A stretch of DNA of 62,864 nt, from assembly GCA_034408725.1 (NCBI GenBank), contig JAWXCN010000014.1:1-62864 (forward strand). Reading direction: 5' to 3'. The number at the start of each line of letters is the position of its first letter. Within the stretch, counting starts at the first letter, position 1. A program made the translations under genes and the position numbers. Below are positions 49,165 through 58,895 of this stretch, one piece after another. The notes beneath the pieces were generated by a model. That model ran no database searches. It was not told the DNA's origin and saw nothing but the letters and a program-made list of their open reading frames with translations. This DNA comes from Candidatus Hydrogenedentota bacterium. GTDB taxonomy: Bacteria > Hydrogenedentota > Hydrogenedentia > Hydrogenedentales > SLHB01.

Positions 49165-50590
49165 CCGCCCCTCCACTTTCTGACTTTGACGCAAGGATGT
49201 AATTGCACAACGCGCGGACGTTTTTCACAAATGTGGCCGAACGTATTACTTCACGAGTGGAATCTTCATCGCCGTGATAATTCAGGCGGCCCGGCTCGAC
49301 CCACGCGCCGCGTATATCCAACGTCTGAATCGCCTCTGTTGCGAGTTTTTCCAACTCAGGGGTCAGAGTGGGTGGTGAAGAAGCGCCCTTTGGACTAGGA
49401 CCATTGTCCTTGGCCTCTTTATATTCCGCCTCGATTGCGTCCAACGCGGACCCGACGATGAACGCGTAATGCGTAGGCATGTCGTCGCTGGAATAGGTGA
49501 GTTTATAATCCTTCGTGAAATACAGCGGCCGGTTGGTTTGAAGTTCGTAGAAACGGGCGAGCCGGCCATCGGGCAGCAATGACGACTTGTAGTAAGCGAG
49601 CGCTTTGGGAATGGGTTCGAGAAAACGCGATTCACCCGTTTCATGAAACAACGAAATCAGCGTGCGCATGACGCTTTGCGATTCGCCGCCACAGACGGAT
49701 GGCGGCTCGAATTTCCGCGCCCAGACCGGTTGCATCATCGCGTCGTACTGCTGCGCCCAGCCGGGTTGGGGGTCTGGCATTTGCGCGAGGATGATGAAAT
49801 CGCCCGCACGTAACGCTGTGTCGCGAAACCGCGCATCTCCATAGGCGCCACGCGCAAGCAGCATGAGATCGATCATGTCCTTGATGCCGCCGTCGTTGAA
49901 GGTATAGTCATGTTTATAGTCGCGCTGCACGTACTCGCGTGTCCACGATTCCGGATAATTGGCCTTGAGCACGGGATATTTCGCGGGATCGGGCGGAGCA
50001 GAAAACCGTTGCGGCCATGCGCCGTTTGGGTATTGCGCTTCACATAATTTCGTGAGTGCGTACGCGACGGCTTCGCCAATCTCGGGGTCGCTGTGTTCGG
50101 TCGCCGCATCGACATCGATCAAAAACGATAGCGCGGCCTGCGTGGTGTTGTCGTCCAATGTGGAAACATTGCCTTTGCCCGGCGGATTGTGCGCGCGGTA
50201 CGCAAATTCGGAGCGTCTTTCGGGATCGAACTGGATGCGGTAATCCCATCCGCCGGAAACGAGCTGACCTTGAACCAGCGCGTGGGCCGTTTCCTTGGCG
50301 GCATTGAGATAGTAGGTGTCGCCAGTAGCCTCATACGCAGCAAGAAATGCTTCGCCAACGTATGGCGTGCCTGGCGGCTGCACCCAGACCTGTTTCGGAA
50401 GCGCTTTGCCTTCGCCTTCCCGCTTGGCGAGGTCGGCGCTGTGTTGCCAGACGTATCCTCCGTGGACTGCGATATCTTCGCGAAAAAAACCACAGGTTTT
50501 GCGCAACGCAGTTTGCGCGTCTTCCGGTGATAGTGCCAGCGCGCCATGCGCTAACAAGAAAATGAATGCGAAGGATCGGTACCGGGTCAT
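49154..50590 (-). CDS. Exported pectate-lyase-like (PL10/PelA-type) protein
   Basis: Signal peptide; STLDDNTTQ, QYPNGAWPQ, TFNDG, QPGWAQQYD, ARKFEPP. Confidence 0.78.
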   Translation of the reverse strand: MTRYRSFAFIFLLAHGALALSPEDAQTALRKTCGFFREDIAVHGGYVWQHSADLAKREGEGKALPKQVWVQPPGTPYVGEAFLAAYEATGDTYYLNAAKETAHALVQGQLVSGGWDYRIQFDPERRSEFAYRAHNPPGKGNVSTLDDNTTQAALSFLIDVDAATEHSDPEIGEAVAYALTKLCEAQYPNGAWPQRFSAPPDPAKYPVLKANYPESWTREYVQRDYKHDYTFNDGGIKDMIDLMLLARGAYGDARFRDTALRAGDFIILAQMPDPQPGWAQQYDAMMQPVWARKFEPPSVCGGESQSVMRTLISLFHETGESRFLEPIPKALAYYKSSLLPDGRLARFYELQTNRPLYFTKDYKLTYSSDDMPTHYAFIVGSALDAIEAEYKEAKDNGPSPKGASSPPTLTPELEKLATEAIQTLDIRGAWVEPGRLNYHGDEDSTREVIRSATFVKNVRALCNYILASKSESGGADGK

Positions 50591-51717
50591 GTATTCAGGA
50601 CCACTTCCATGTCGCGCAATACCTCCGCAATTGCGGCCAGCAAATTGCGCACATCGTTTTCATAGATATGGCCGATGTTGCCGATCCGGAAACAATCGGC
50701 ATTGCTTACTTTGCCGGGATAGATGACGTAGTCTTTTGAGCTGAGCGCGCTATAAAACGGTTCAAATTTGAAATTCGCATGCGCGGGGCATCGAAATGAG
50801 GTGATGATATATCCCTGCCGATCAGCAGGGAGATATTCCACAAAACCGAGCGCGCGCATGCCCTTTACAAGCGTGTCATAATTCTTCCGGTAACGCGCGC
50901 CGCGCCCCTCGACGCCGCCTTCCGCCTCTAGTTCGAGCAGCGCCTGGTGGAAGGCCAGTAACGTATGGGTTGGCGGGGTGAAACGGAATTGTCCCGTTTG
51001 TTCGAGACCGTTCCACTGCGCGAACAAATCCAGGCTAAGGCTTCTGGCATAGCCTTCGGTTTCGGCAATCGCATCGCGGCGGGCGATGACAAAGCCGAAA
51101 CCGGGTACGCCTTCAATACACTTGTTCGCGGATGACACCAAAAAATCAATATGCGCGTCCCGAAAACTGATCGGTATCGCGCCAAAACTGCTCATCGCAT
51201 CCACGAAATAGCCCGCGCCCGCGGCATGGGCGAGCACGCCGATCTCCGCGATGGGATTCACAATCCCCGTTGTCGTCTCGCAATGCACGACGGCGACCAA
51301 ATCTACACGCGGTCCTTTGAGGGCCTTCCTTATATCTTCAAGGTCGGGGTGCTGGTCTTCCGGGCATTCGACAACTGTATGGTCAATTTCGAGCACGCGA
51401 AGCATCTGTACGATGCGCTTGCCGTACGCGCCATTGACAATCACAACAACTCTACCACCGACAGGAACGCATGACGACACGACCGCTTCAATCGAAAACG
51501 TCCCACTGCCCTGCATTAATACTGCGACGTAGTCATCCGGCGCGCCGGTCATCGCGGCGAGACGATGACGAATGTCTTTCACCGTTTCAATGAATTCGTT
51601 GTCGCGCGAACCCAGGTCATGAAGAAGCGCCTGTTTTACGGTCGCGCTGGTAGTTAGCGGGCCAGGCGTAAAGAGGATTTTGTCCCTGGATGCGCCGAAG
51701 GAGTCAGCAGTTGCCAT
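50587..51717 (-). CDS. phnW: 2-aminoethylphosphonate--pyruvate transaminase
   Basis: LFTPGPLTTS, QGSGTF, HCETTTG, DAMSSFG, SSANKCIEGVPGF, RFTPPTH, FRIGNIG. Confidence 0.95.
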   Translation of the reverse strand: MATADSFGASRDKILFTPGPLTTSATVKQALLHDLGSRDNEFIETVKDIRHRLAAMTGAPDDYVAVLMQGSGTFSIEAVVSSCVPVGGRVVVIVNGAYGKRIVQMLRVLEIDHTVVECPEDQHPDLEDIRKALKGPRVDLVAVVHCETTTGIVNPIAEIGVLAHAAGAGYFVDAMSSFGAIPISFRDAHIDFLVSSANKCIEGVPGFGFVIARRDAIAETEGYARSLSLDLFAQWNGLEQTGQFRFTPPTHTLLAFHQALLELEAEGGVEGRGARYRKNYDTLVKGMRALGFVEYLPADRQGYIITSFRCPAHANFKFEPFYSALSSKDYVIYPGKVSNADCFRIGNIGHIYENDVRNLLAAIAEVLRDMEVVLNT

Positions 51718-51721
51718 TGCA

Positions 51722-53032
51722 TTATGTCCCCATGGATTGCGCATCACTCTTGCGATGGCCCGCGTGCGCGGTGTGCAGGCGCCACATCATAACGATCATG
51801 AGCAACGTAAAGGTAATGCTCATGGTCAGGGCGAGCCAGTTGGTGTTGCGAATACCCGCCTGTTCATCGCCTCGCATGAGGTACCCGATGATTTCTTCCT
51901 GAAAGATTGGGCCGATGCTGGCAATACCATTCACCAAGCCAGCGACCGCAACGCCATTGCGCTCGCCCGCGACGGAAACCGATGCAGCTCCGGCAAGAAT
52001 GGTGTCGGGTCCGTAAATCATGAATCCGACGAGCCCAAAACAGATCGCGATAGCTTGCGGGCTGGTGCCCAGGTAAATCACCGACAGGTACCCGGCGATC
52101 ATCCCAAGGCCCATGACAAAACACAGCGCCGCCCAATTGCCCCTGAACACGCGATCCAAAACAAGACCGGCAACAACTGCCCCGCCGAGACCGGCCCAGT
52201 CGAATATCGCGGAAAAATAACTCGCAGTGCCGACGTCCATTCCCTGAATATTCAGGAATGCCGGAAGCCAGGAATCGAGGGCGTACCGGAGAAACTTGAT
52301 GCAGAAATAACTCGTTCCCATCGCGATCACGACGGGATTCATAGCGAGCCGGAGATAAGCCTGCCAAGGAATAAGAGCGTCTTCGTTGGCGCGGATTGCA
52401 CGGGTGTCCGCTTGGCGTGCGCCGACAATGGGATCAAGTCCAATATCTTCGGGTCTGTTCCGCTGCCAGAAATAGACCAGCCACCAGACAAAGAAAGTTA
52501 ATAGACTTAAGCCAAAAAATGCATACCGCCAACCGTAGCTGGCAAGTAAAAGACCTCCCACAAACTTCACAGACATGTTGCCAATGAGATAACTGGTCGA
52601 CCAGAAACCCATGATGGTGCCGCGTTCGGCGGGACGCAGCCATTCTGAAATGCCGCCCACCGCGCCCGGCCAACCGCTCGCCTGGGCCAATCCATTCGCG
52701 AACATGAGCAGTAGAAAGGTTTCGTATGAATTCACGAAGCCGAAGGCGGCGTTGAAACAGATCGATAGGCCAAGCCCGCCAAGCAACAGCACGCGGGGGC
52801 CGTGCCGCCGGCCCAGGAAACTGTTCGCAAACTGACCAATGGCGTAGGCAATTAGAAACGCGGTCCAAATATGCGCGACCTGGCTCAAGTCCCAATCAAA
52901 TTCCTCTCCGATGGTCGTTTTGCATATCGTGAACGCCTTGCGCGTGAGATAGTAACCCGCATACGCAAAATACGTTGAAATCAGAATGCGCCAACGCCAG
53001 GATTTTTGCTCCTGGGTTAATGGTTCAAGCAA
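51722..53032 (-). CDS. MFS transporter, organophosphate:Pi antiporter (GlpT/UhpT/PgtP) family
   Basis: YAGYYLTRK, QASGWP, ERGTIMGFWSTS, KFLRY; multiple TM helices. Confidence 0.88.
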   Translation of the reverse strand: MLEPLTQEQKSWRWRILISTYFAYAGYYLTRKAFTICKTTIGEEFDWDLSQVAHIWTAFLIAYAIGQFANSFLGRRHGPRVLLLGGLGLSICFNAAFGFVNSYETFLLLMFANGLAQASGWPGAVGGISEWLRPAERGTIMGFWSTSYLIGNMSVKFVGGLLLASYGWRYAFFGLSLLTFFVWWLVYFWQRNRPEDIGLDPIVGARQADTRAIRANEDALIPWQAYLRLAMNPVVIAMGTSYFCIKFLRYALDSWLPAFLNIQGMDVGTASYFSAIFDWAGLGGAVVAGLVLDRVFRGNWAALCFVMGLGMIAGYLSVIYLGTSPQAIAICFGLVGFMIYGPDTILAGAASVSVAGERNGVAVAGLVNGIASIGPIFQEEIIGYLMRGDEQAGIRNTNWLALTMSITFTLLMIVMMWRLHTAHAGHRKSDAQSMGT

Positions 53033-53054
53033 TAGTCTGTCTCCCCGCTCATTG

Positions 53055-53080
53055 AAAAACCCCCAAGGGCGTTTGGGGGT
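53055..53080 (-). terminator. Possible intrinsic terminator between the PhyH gene and the MFS gene
   Basis: Minus strand ACCCCCAA...TTGGGGGT followed by T residues. Confidence 0.5.
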
Positions 53081-53132
53081 GGCAGATATTGAAAATCAAG
53101 CCTTGACGTCATGTGAAGTTCGTCCGCGCGGA

Positions 53133-53921
53133 TCAAATGCATCCCGAAAATTCTTCGCCGCGCACGAGCCTGAATTTCAGGTGCGGAAGCACGCCACCTT
53201 CGGTCTTGCACTTCGCGCTGGCAAAATGCACGGTCAACACGCGGCGATGTCGCGTGCTCGTGTTCGGGCCTGTGCGGTGAAGAAGGCGGGAGTGAAACAG
53301 CGCGCCGTCGCCTGGTTCGAGACTGAGTGCGACTTCGTTGGGTTGCGGCCCTTCATATCCGACCGCGCCGAACACGCCGAAATTGACGAGATCGCCGCGC
53401 GGCGTGTCGTGATCGATGAGCGCGTGCTTGTGCGATCCCGGAATCACGACGAGCGTTCCATTCTCGATATCGGTTGGGTCGAGCGCGATCCATGAACCAA
53501 GAATGAGGTCGTGCGGTCCGAACGCGAAATAAAATGAATCCTGATGGTATGGATGGTCTGCCTGAATGCCGGGGGGTTTGTAAATCATCATCGTCAGAAA
53601 GGCTTTGATGTCCCGGCCAATAATGTCCTCGACGACGTCGAGCACCGCGGGCGTTTGAGGATACGGTTCGAAAATCGGGTCATACCAATCCGGCTGAAGC
53701 AGCTTCCACATGCCGAGTTCGGGATCGTCAACCTTCACTTCTCCCTTCGCGACGCGCACGTCGCGCACGAGCATTTTTTCCGCGCCGGGAGGAATTGCCC
53801 CGGTGGCCAATTCCCGGGCGCGCTTTTTATAGCGGTCAACTTCCTCGGACGACAGAACGCCTTTGACAACCAGGTATCCGTCGTCTTCATATTGTTTGCG
53901 TTGGGCTTCGGAAAGTTTCAC
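53133..53921 (-). CDS. Phytanoyl-CoA dioxygenase (PhyH) family Fe/2OG dioxygenase
   Basis: HQD triad (PYHQDSFY), WIALD...NGTL.VIPGSH, LLHRTGPN...RR; GTG start with GGAGG. Confidence 0.88.
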   Translation of the reverse strand: MKLSEAQRKQYEDDGYLVVKGVLSSEEVDRYKKRARELATGAIPPGAEKMLVRDVRVAKGEVKVDDPELGMWKLLQPDWYDPIFEPYPQTPAVLDVVEDIIGRDIKAFLTMMIYKPPGIQADHPYHQDSFYFAFGPHDLILGSWIALDPTDIENGTLVVIPGSHKHALIDHDTPRGDLVNFGVFGAVGYEGPQPNEVALSLEPGDGALFHSRLLHRTGPNTSTRHRRVLTVHFASAKCKTEGGVLPHLKFRLVRGEEFSGCI

Positions 53922-54032
53922 GATACCAGACCTCCACCAACCTGCGGTTTCCACCTCTCGATGCGCTCTGCAGCGACTGCGCAACGCTAACACAGACTGG
54001 TCCGTTCCGCAACACGATGGTCCGCGCCGGGT

Positions 54033-57000
54033 TTATCTCCCGCCCACGAACTGCGCGTTGGCTGACCCTGGCGCATCCACAAGTTCCACCTGAAGCGGGT
54101 TCACGGCCTGAGAAAAATCGATGAGAAAGTTCAGGTCGATTGTTCCACCCGGGACTTGCGCGACGACGGTCTCGCCAACGGTCGCTTCGTTTCCGCCTAC
54201 CCAAAGCCGCAACCCTTTCGCATCGGCAATGCGCAATGTGATCGCTCCGGCATTCGCGGCTTCGAGTTGGCAGCGCGCAATACCTTTCTGTCCTTCCCAC
54301 AGAGTGTGCGACAACTTTGGCACGTCGCCCAGTGGAAGACTACCGGAGGTTATGCTGTACGCGCTGGCCCACGTAAAATCGGGCGGATTCTCTGAGGCGA
54401 CCTCAAACGCGGCATTTTGAAGCGCCTGGGCCGCGGGCTGTGTCGCGGCGAGCACGCGCCACGTCCGGCCGCGGCGGGTCGTGCCGATCGAATAGTCCGG
54501 GCTGCGGCCCAATTCGGACATGAACCGCACCAGATTAGTGAATTCATCGCGCAACAGCGTATCGGCGAGACCGCTGGGCATCAGCGATTGTCCGTCTCGC
54601 ACCGATTCGATAGTGTCTTTCGCGATCACGAGCTCGACGGAATTCGCGTCGCGAAGCACGATGTCGTTGTCGTCTTCGCGCACCTTGATGCCACTGTGAC
54701 TCTCGAGATCGTTCGTCTCTACGATGATTGAGTGAAAGCCTTCCTTGATCGCGGAATTGGGCGTGAGCATTGACGCAACGAGGTAATCTGGTTGGGCGCT
54801 GCCGCCGATACTCGAGAGGTCCGGTCCGAGCACGCCACCTGCCCCGCCGATGGCATGGCACTTGGCGCACTCCAGTTTCCGGTATTGCGCTTCGCCGGCC
54901 GCTGGGTTGCCGTGTGCTTGCGATTCCGCGGCAAGCTGCATGATTTCTTCCGCGGTCGGTTCGTGGGCTTCGCCAATACCGGCGGCGACACGCATCGCTT
55001 TCAACAATGCTTCTTCATTCCGGCCTGACGAGCTGATGATCCGCTCGGCGATCTTGGCGGTGTCCTGCCCGATTTTAGCGTTCGCAAGCGCTGCCGTGAG
55101 CGCGGCGGGGCCTCCATCGGCTTGCAGCATCCCGCGAAGAAGTACGTCGATGACGGGTTCTTCCGCCGTGTCCGACAGCAACGCGATGGCCGCGGTAATG
55201 GCGTTATCGCGGTTGATTCGCGCCAGACCAAGCGTCGCCTGGGCGCGTAAAAGTGCAGTCTGCGGCGGGGCGGCGAGCCGTGACAGAATCTGTGCTGACG
55301 CATCGCCACCCAGAACGCCCAGAGTTTCGATTGCAGCAGCGCGGAGTGGCTCGGGTGCGTCGTCTGCGGCGGCCAATGCCGTTATCTGCTCGCGGCCATC
55401 TGCAATCTTCCAAGCACCAAGGGCGCGTACGGCCAACACGCGGATATCCGCGTTCGATGAATTCAGCAGCGCGACCACCGCGCGGGTGTCGCCTGCGGGA
55501 ACAATTCCCCTACGCGACGATGTATCGATCAAAATTTGTAGTAGTAGATGTTGTTGGACGCTGTCCTTTCCGTCATGTGCAGCGCGCGCAAGCAGCACTC
55601 CGAGGTCTTCGGGCGCGCCGTGTGTTGCGACCAGTTGTGATGCGCGCGCTTCCTGCTCAGCGTTGAACGCCCCAGACTGCAAGCGTGTCAGTAGCGGCGC
55701 GACGGTCGCGGCATTGTCTACGGCCTGCAACGCAAACAATAGGCGTTCGGGGTCGAGCGAAAATGCCAGGTTATCCTTGTCAATTTCGGGCAACCATGCC
55801 GGGGCGAGTTCACGTAGCGTGAGCCATAGCGCGTGATCGAGAAAATCGTCCATGGACGCGTCGAGCACGGTAATGGCTGCGTCCGCCGCTTCTGGCGATG
55901 CCAGTAGTCCCAGCGCGCGCACGGCTTCGAGGCGCACCTGTGCATGCGCGTCGCGTGTAAACGGTATTAACGTTTCCAGAGCATTTTTTTCAGGTAACCG
56001 ATCGTTCCAATGGGTGTAGACCCGGACAGCCGCGGCGCGCGCATGGTGATCGGGACTTGCGAAACATGCGCCCAGCAAGGCGGGCTCAGGGGCATCAATG
56101 GTTTGAAAAGCCCATAGAGCTTCGAGACGATTATGTTCGAACGAAGGGATGCCGGGGTCCAATGCCGCTGCCCACGCTCGCGTCTCCGCGCGCACTGCTT
56201 CCTTGTCGTGCGTCTTAAGTTCGAGCCGCGCGAACATGCGCACCCATTCCTCTTCAGACTTCAATAGTTCGAGCAACGCACCGATCGACTGGCCGGCGAT
56301 CTCCGGCTTTTTAACCAGCGGCCGGCCCTTGGCCGTCACGCGCCAGATTCGGCCATGCTCGCGGTCGCGGCGCTCGTCGCGGAAATCAACTTCGCCGTGC
56401 TGAATAATCGGGTTGTACCAATCGGCAATGTAGATCGCGCCGTCCGGTCCCATCTTCACATCCACGGGCCGGAAAGCCACGTGGGACGAAGTGATCAATT
56501 CGGGTTGTTCCGTTGACGTGTATCCGGAGCCGTTTTCTCGAAGGACGAACCGGCAGACGCGGTGCGCGCGGAAATCGTTGGTGATGAAATTGCCGCGCCA
56601 TTCTTCGGGCAGATGGCTGCCGCTGAGGATTTCCATGCTGCAATGTTTCGGGCTACCGGGGTTTAGCCCGTGCAGAATCTTCGGACTCTTCGATTCTAGA
56701 AAGCACGCGCCGGGAAAAACGTAGTTGATGCCTTCGAGGTACGCACCGTCAGTTGCGAACGATTGACCCCACGAGTCGAACTGGTGGCCCCACGCGTTCA
56801 CAAACCCGCGCGCATAGACTTCCAACTGCATCGACTCCGGACGAAACTGCCAAATGCCGCCGCCGTTTAACGTGCGCACCCCGTAAGGCGTCTCGATATG
56901 GCTGTGGATATAGATGGACTGGTTGAAGTACAGCATGCCGTCCATGCCCCAGCGCAACGTGTGAATGATGTGGTGCGTATCCTCCGTGCCAAAGCCGGAG

Positions 57001-57458
57001 AGCATGATGCGGGTCTTGTCGGCCTTGCCGTCGCCATCGGTATCCGAGAGATGGAGGAGTTCAGTGCTGTTGCTGACGTAGACGCCGCCGTCGCCGGGCA
57101 ATACACCGGTGGGTATGAACAAACCTTCGGCGAACACGGTCGATTTGTCCGCGGCGCCGTCGCCATCGGAATCTTCTATAACGTACACCCGGTCGGCGGG
57201 TTGTGCGCCAGGGGCGATGTGCGGGTAGATTGCCGAGCCGACGATCCAGAGACGGCCTTGTGCATCGAAATTGATCGCGATGGGTTTTGCGAGCATGGGC
57301 TCGGATGCGAACAGGTTTACTTCAAATCCGTCGGCTACGTGAAAACTGGCTTGCTCTTCCGCAGCGTCGGGCGCCGGAATGTTTTGGAGATCGCGTTGGG
57401 CGAACGCGGGGGTGGACAGTACGACCAAGAAAACCATGAATCCATTACGAATCATCAT
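54033..57458 (-). CDS. PVC-type membrane-bound dehydrogenase-like protein (propeller, HEAT repeats, heme c)
   Basis: GFEVNLFASEP, FRPVDVKMGPDGAIYIADWYN, HGRIWR, CAKCH...GPDLS, SLMPSGL. Confidence 0.9.
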   Translation of the reverse strand: MMIRNGFMVFLVVLSTPAFAQRDLQNIPAPDAAEEQASFHVADGFEVNLFASEPMLAKPIAINFDAQGRLWIVGSAIYPHIAPGAQPADRVYVIEDSDGDGAADKSTVFAEGLFIPTGVLPGDGGVYVSNSTELLHLSDTDGDGKADKTRIMLSGFGTEDTHHIIHTLRWGMDGMLYFNQSIYIHSHIETPYGVRTLNGGGIWQFRPESMQLEVYARGFVNAWGHQFDSWGQSFATDGAYLEGINYVFPGACFLESKSPKILHGLNPGSPKHCSMEILSGSHLPEEWRGNFITNDFRAHRVCRFVLRENGSGYTSTEQPELITSSHVAFRPVDVKMGPDGAIYIADWYNPIIQHGEVDFRDERRDREHGRIWRVTAKGRPLVKKPEIAGQSIGALLELLKSEEEWVRMFARLELKTHDKEAVRAETRAWAAALDPGIPSFEHNRLEALWAFQTIDAPEPALLGACFASPDHHARAAAVRVYTHWNDRLPEKNALETLIPFTRDAHAQVRLEAVRALGLLASPEAADAAITVLDASMDDFLDHALWLTLRELAPAWLPEIDKDNLAFSLDPERLLFALQAVDNAATVAPLLTRLQSGAFNAEQEARASQLVATHGAPEDLGVLLARAAHDGKDSVQQHLLLQILIDTSSRRGIVPAGDTRAVVALLNSSNADIRVLAVRALGAWKIADGREQITALAAADDAPEPLRAAAIETLGVLGGDASAQILSRLAAPPQTALLRAQATLGLARINRDNAITAAIALLSDTAEEPVIDVLLRGMLQADGGPAALTAALANAKIGQDTAKIAERIISSSGRNEEALLKAMRVAAGIGEAHEPTAEEIMQLAAESQAHGNPAAGEAQYRKLECAKCHAIGGAGGVLGPDLSSIGGSAQPDYLVASMLTPNSAIKEGFHSIIVETNDLESHSGIKVREDDNDIVLRDANSVELVIAKDTIESVRDGQSLMPSGLADTLLRDEFTNLVRFMSELGRSPDYSIGTTRRGRTWRVLAATQPAAQALQNAAFEVASENPPDFTWASAYSITSGSLPLGDVPKLSHTLWEGQKGIARCQLEAANAGAITLRIADAKGLRLWVGGNEATVGETVVAQVPGGTIDLNFLIDFSQAVNPLQVELVDAPGSANAQFVGGR

Positions 57459-57481
57459 GCTATGCAGTTCCTGTGAAGATA

Positions 57482-57602
57482 TTCACCACGAAGACACGAA
57501 GTGAAAGTGATAATTTGAAGTTGTTTACCACGAAGGCACGAAGCACACGAAGAAAAAGCAAGGTTTCTTCTTCCTTCGTGTTCTTCGTGTCTTCGTGGTG
57601 AA
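57482..57602. repeat. Inverted array of CACGAAG units (REP-like element)
   Basis: TTCACCACGAAGACACGAAG (57482-57501) has its exact reverse complement at 57583-57602; a further direct copy at about 57525-57552. Confidence 0.85.
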
Positions 57603-57611
57603 CATCGCATT

Positions 57612-58784
57612 TTATTGCTGTACGAACCGGTACGTGTGTTGTTTGGGTACGCGCAGTTCGGCGATGCGCTTCTCGAATTCCGCTATGAGAGGATCAAACT
57701 GCGGAGTTTCTTCGGCGAACCGGCCTTGCTCGTATTTGCGGAAGCCGAAGATATACGTTTCATTCTGCGGACGCCACTGGTTAAAGAACAGCCGGTTTTT
57801 TTCTATGATGGTTTTGCGCAATTCTTCGACTTGCCGCACTTCGGGGATGTCTTCCAGCCGGATGCCTTCGGCCCATTCGGCGGCCGTGGTGGTCTTCACG
57901 TCGCCGCTGTCGCTGGTCAATGTGTATTTGCCCTCGGGCAATCCGCCAAATTGCAGGGTTTGAAAAATTTCTTTCGCTTGCGCAGTCTCCGGCGCGCCAT
58001 GTGGCATTCGCGGCATGAAAAAGACTTCGTCGTTCAATTCAAAAGGTTGTTCGCCCTGCGCATCAATCAATGGCACGACGTAGCCGAGGCTGACGAGAAG
58101 TTCCTGGGCGAGTTTCCAATATCCGTAATTGGTAAAATGGAGGCCATTGCCGGTCAAGGGCGCAATCGGTTGATTCGCGCCGTAGTGCAGGGGTCGCGTG
58201 AGATCAGCGAAGTAGTAGTTGTTTTCCGTGGCGACTTCTTTCAACACCGCGGCATACAATTTCATCTTTTCGTTCTGTTCCGCGGGGTCCGGTAACGGCG
58301 GCCCAAGGTTTTCGAGCAGGGTCGGCGAAATTATAACGATGCGAGCGCCGGTGGCGTCAAGATCGCTCAGTAGCCGCGTGAGTCCTTCGTTAAACCGTTT
58401 TAATCCGCTCTTGCCGTCGAACGCTTCGTTTTGCCCCATATACAGGAAGACGACGCTTGGTTTGGCGTCGTTCACCGCCTTAATCATGCGCTCGTAACCC
58501 TGCGCCGCGGTGTCGAACCCCGCACGCGCGCTGCCAAAGACAGTGTCACCCGCCCATGCAAGGTTCCGGAAGGTAAGGTTGAGATCATGGAATCGCGCGG
58601 TCAGAAACGTTTCGATGTATCCGTAGCGCAAATCCCGCTCGAAAAGGCCCCCGCCGAGAAATACGAATCTGTCGCCGTCGCGGACATCGAATTTTGGTTG
58701 CGCGTGCGCGGCCGCTGCGAAGGCGCAGGCCACCATCAGCGCGCAAGTAGACCGTAAAACAGTATTCACCCGTAGACCCCTCAT
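57612..58784 (-). CDS. SGNH/GDSL hydrolase family exported protein
   Basis: FRNLAWAGDT, YMGQNE, NGLHFTNYGY, WRPQNETYIFGFRKYEQG; typical partner of PVC heme proteins. Confidence 0.8.
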   Translation of the reverse strand: MRGLRVNTVLRSTCALMVACAFAAAAHAQPKFDVRDGDRFVFLGGGLFERDLRYGYIETFLTARFHDLNLTFRNLAWAGDTVFGSARAGFDTAAQGYERMIKAVNDAKPSVVFLYMGQNEAFDGKSGLKRFNEGLTRLLSDLDATGARIVIISPTLLENLGPPLPDPAEQNEKMKLYAAVLKEVATENNYYFADLTRPLHYGANQPIAPLTGNGLHFTNYGYWKLAQELLVSLGYVVPLIDAQGEQPFELNDEVFFMPRMPHGAPETAQAKEIFQTLQFGGLPEGKYTLTSDSGDVKTTTAAEWAEGIRLEDIPEVRQVEELRKTIIEKNRLFFNQWRPQNETYIFGFRKYEQGRFAEETPQFDPLIAEFEKRIAELRVPKQHTYRFVQQ

Positions 58785-58895
58785 TCATGAAGTTGAGCGA
58801 CTGGTTAGTCCCAAGCAGCAGGAAGAATTGTACCGCGACTGAAAAGCAAGCGCCAAATTTGCCGGACTTTTATCCAGCGCGCCGCATTTGACACA

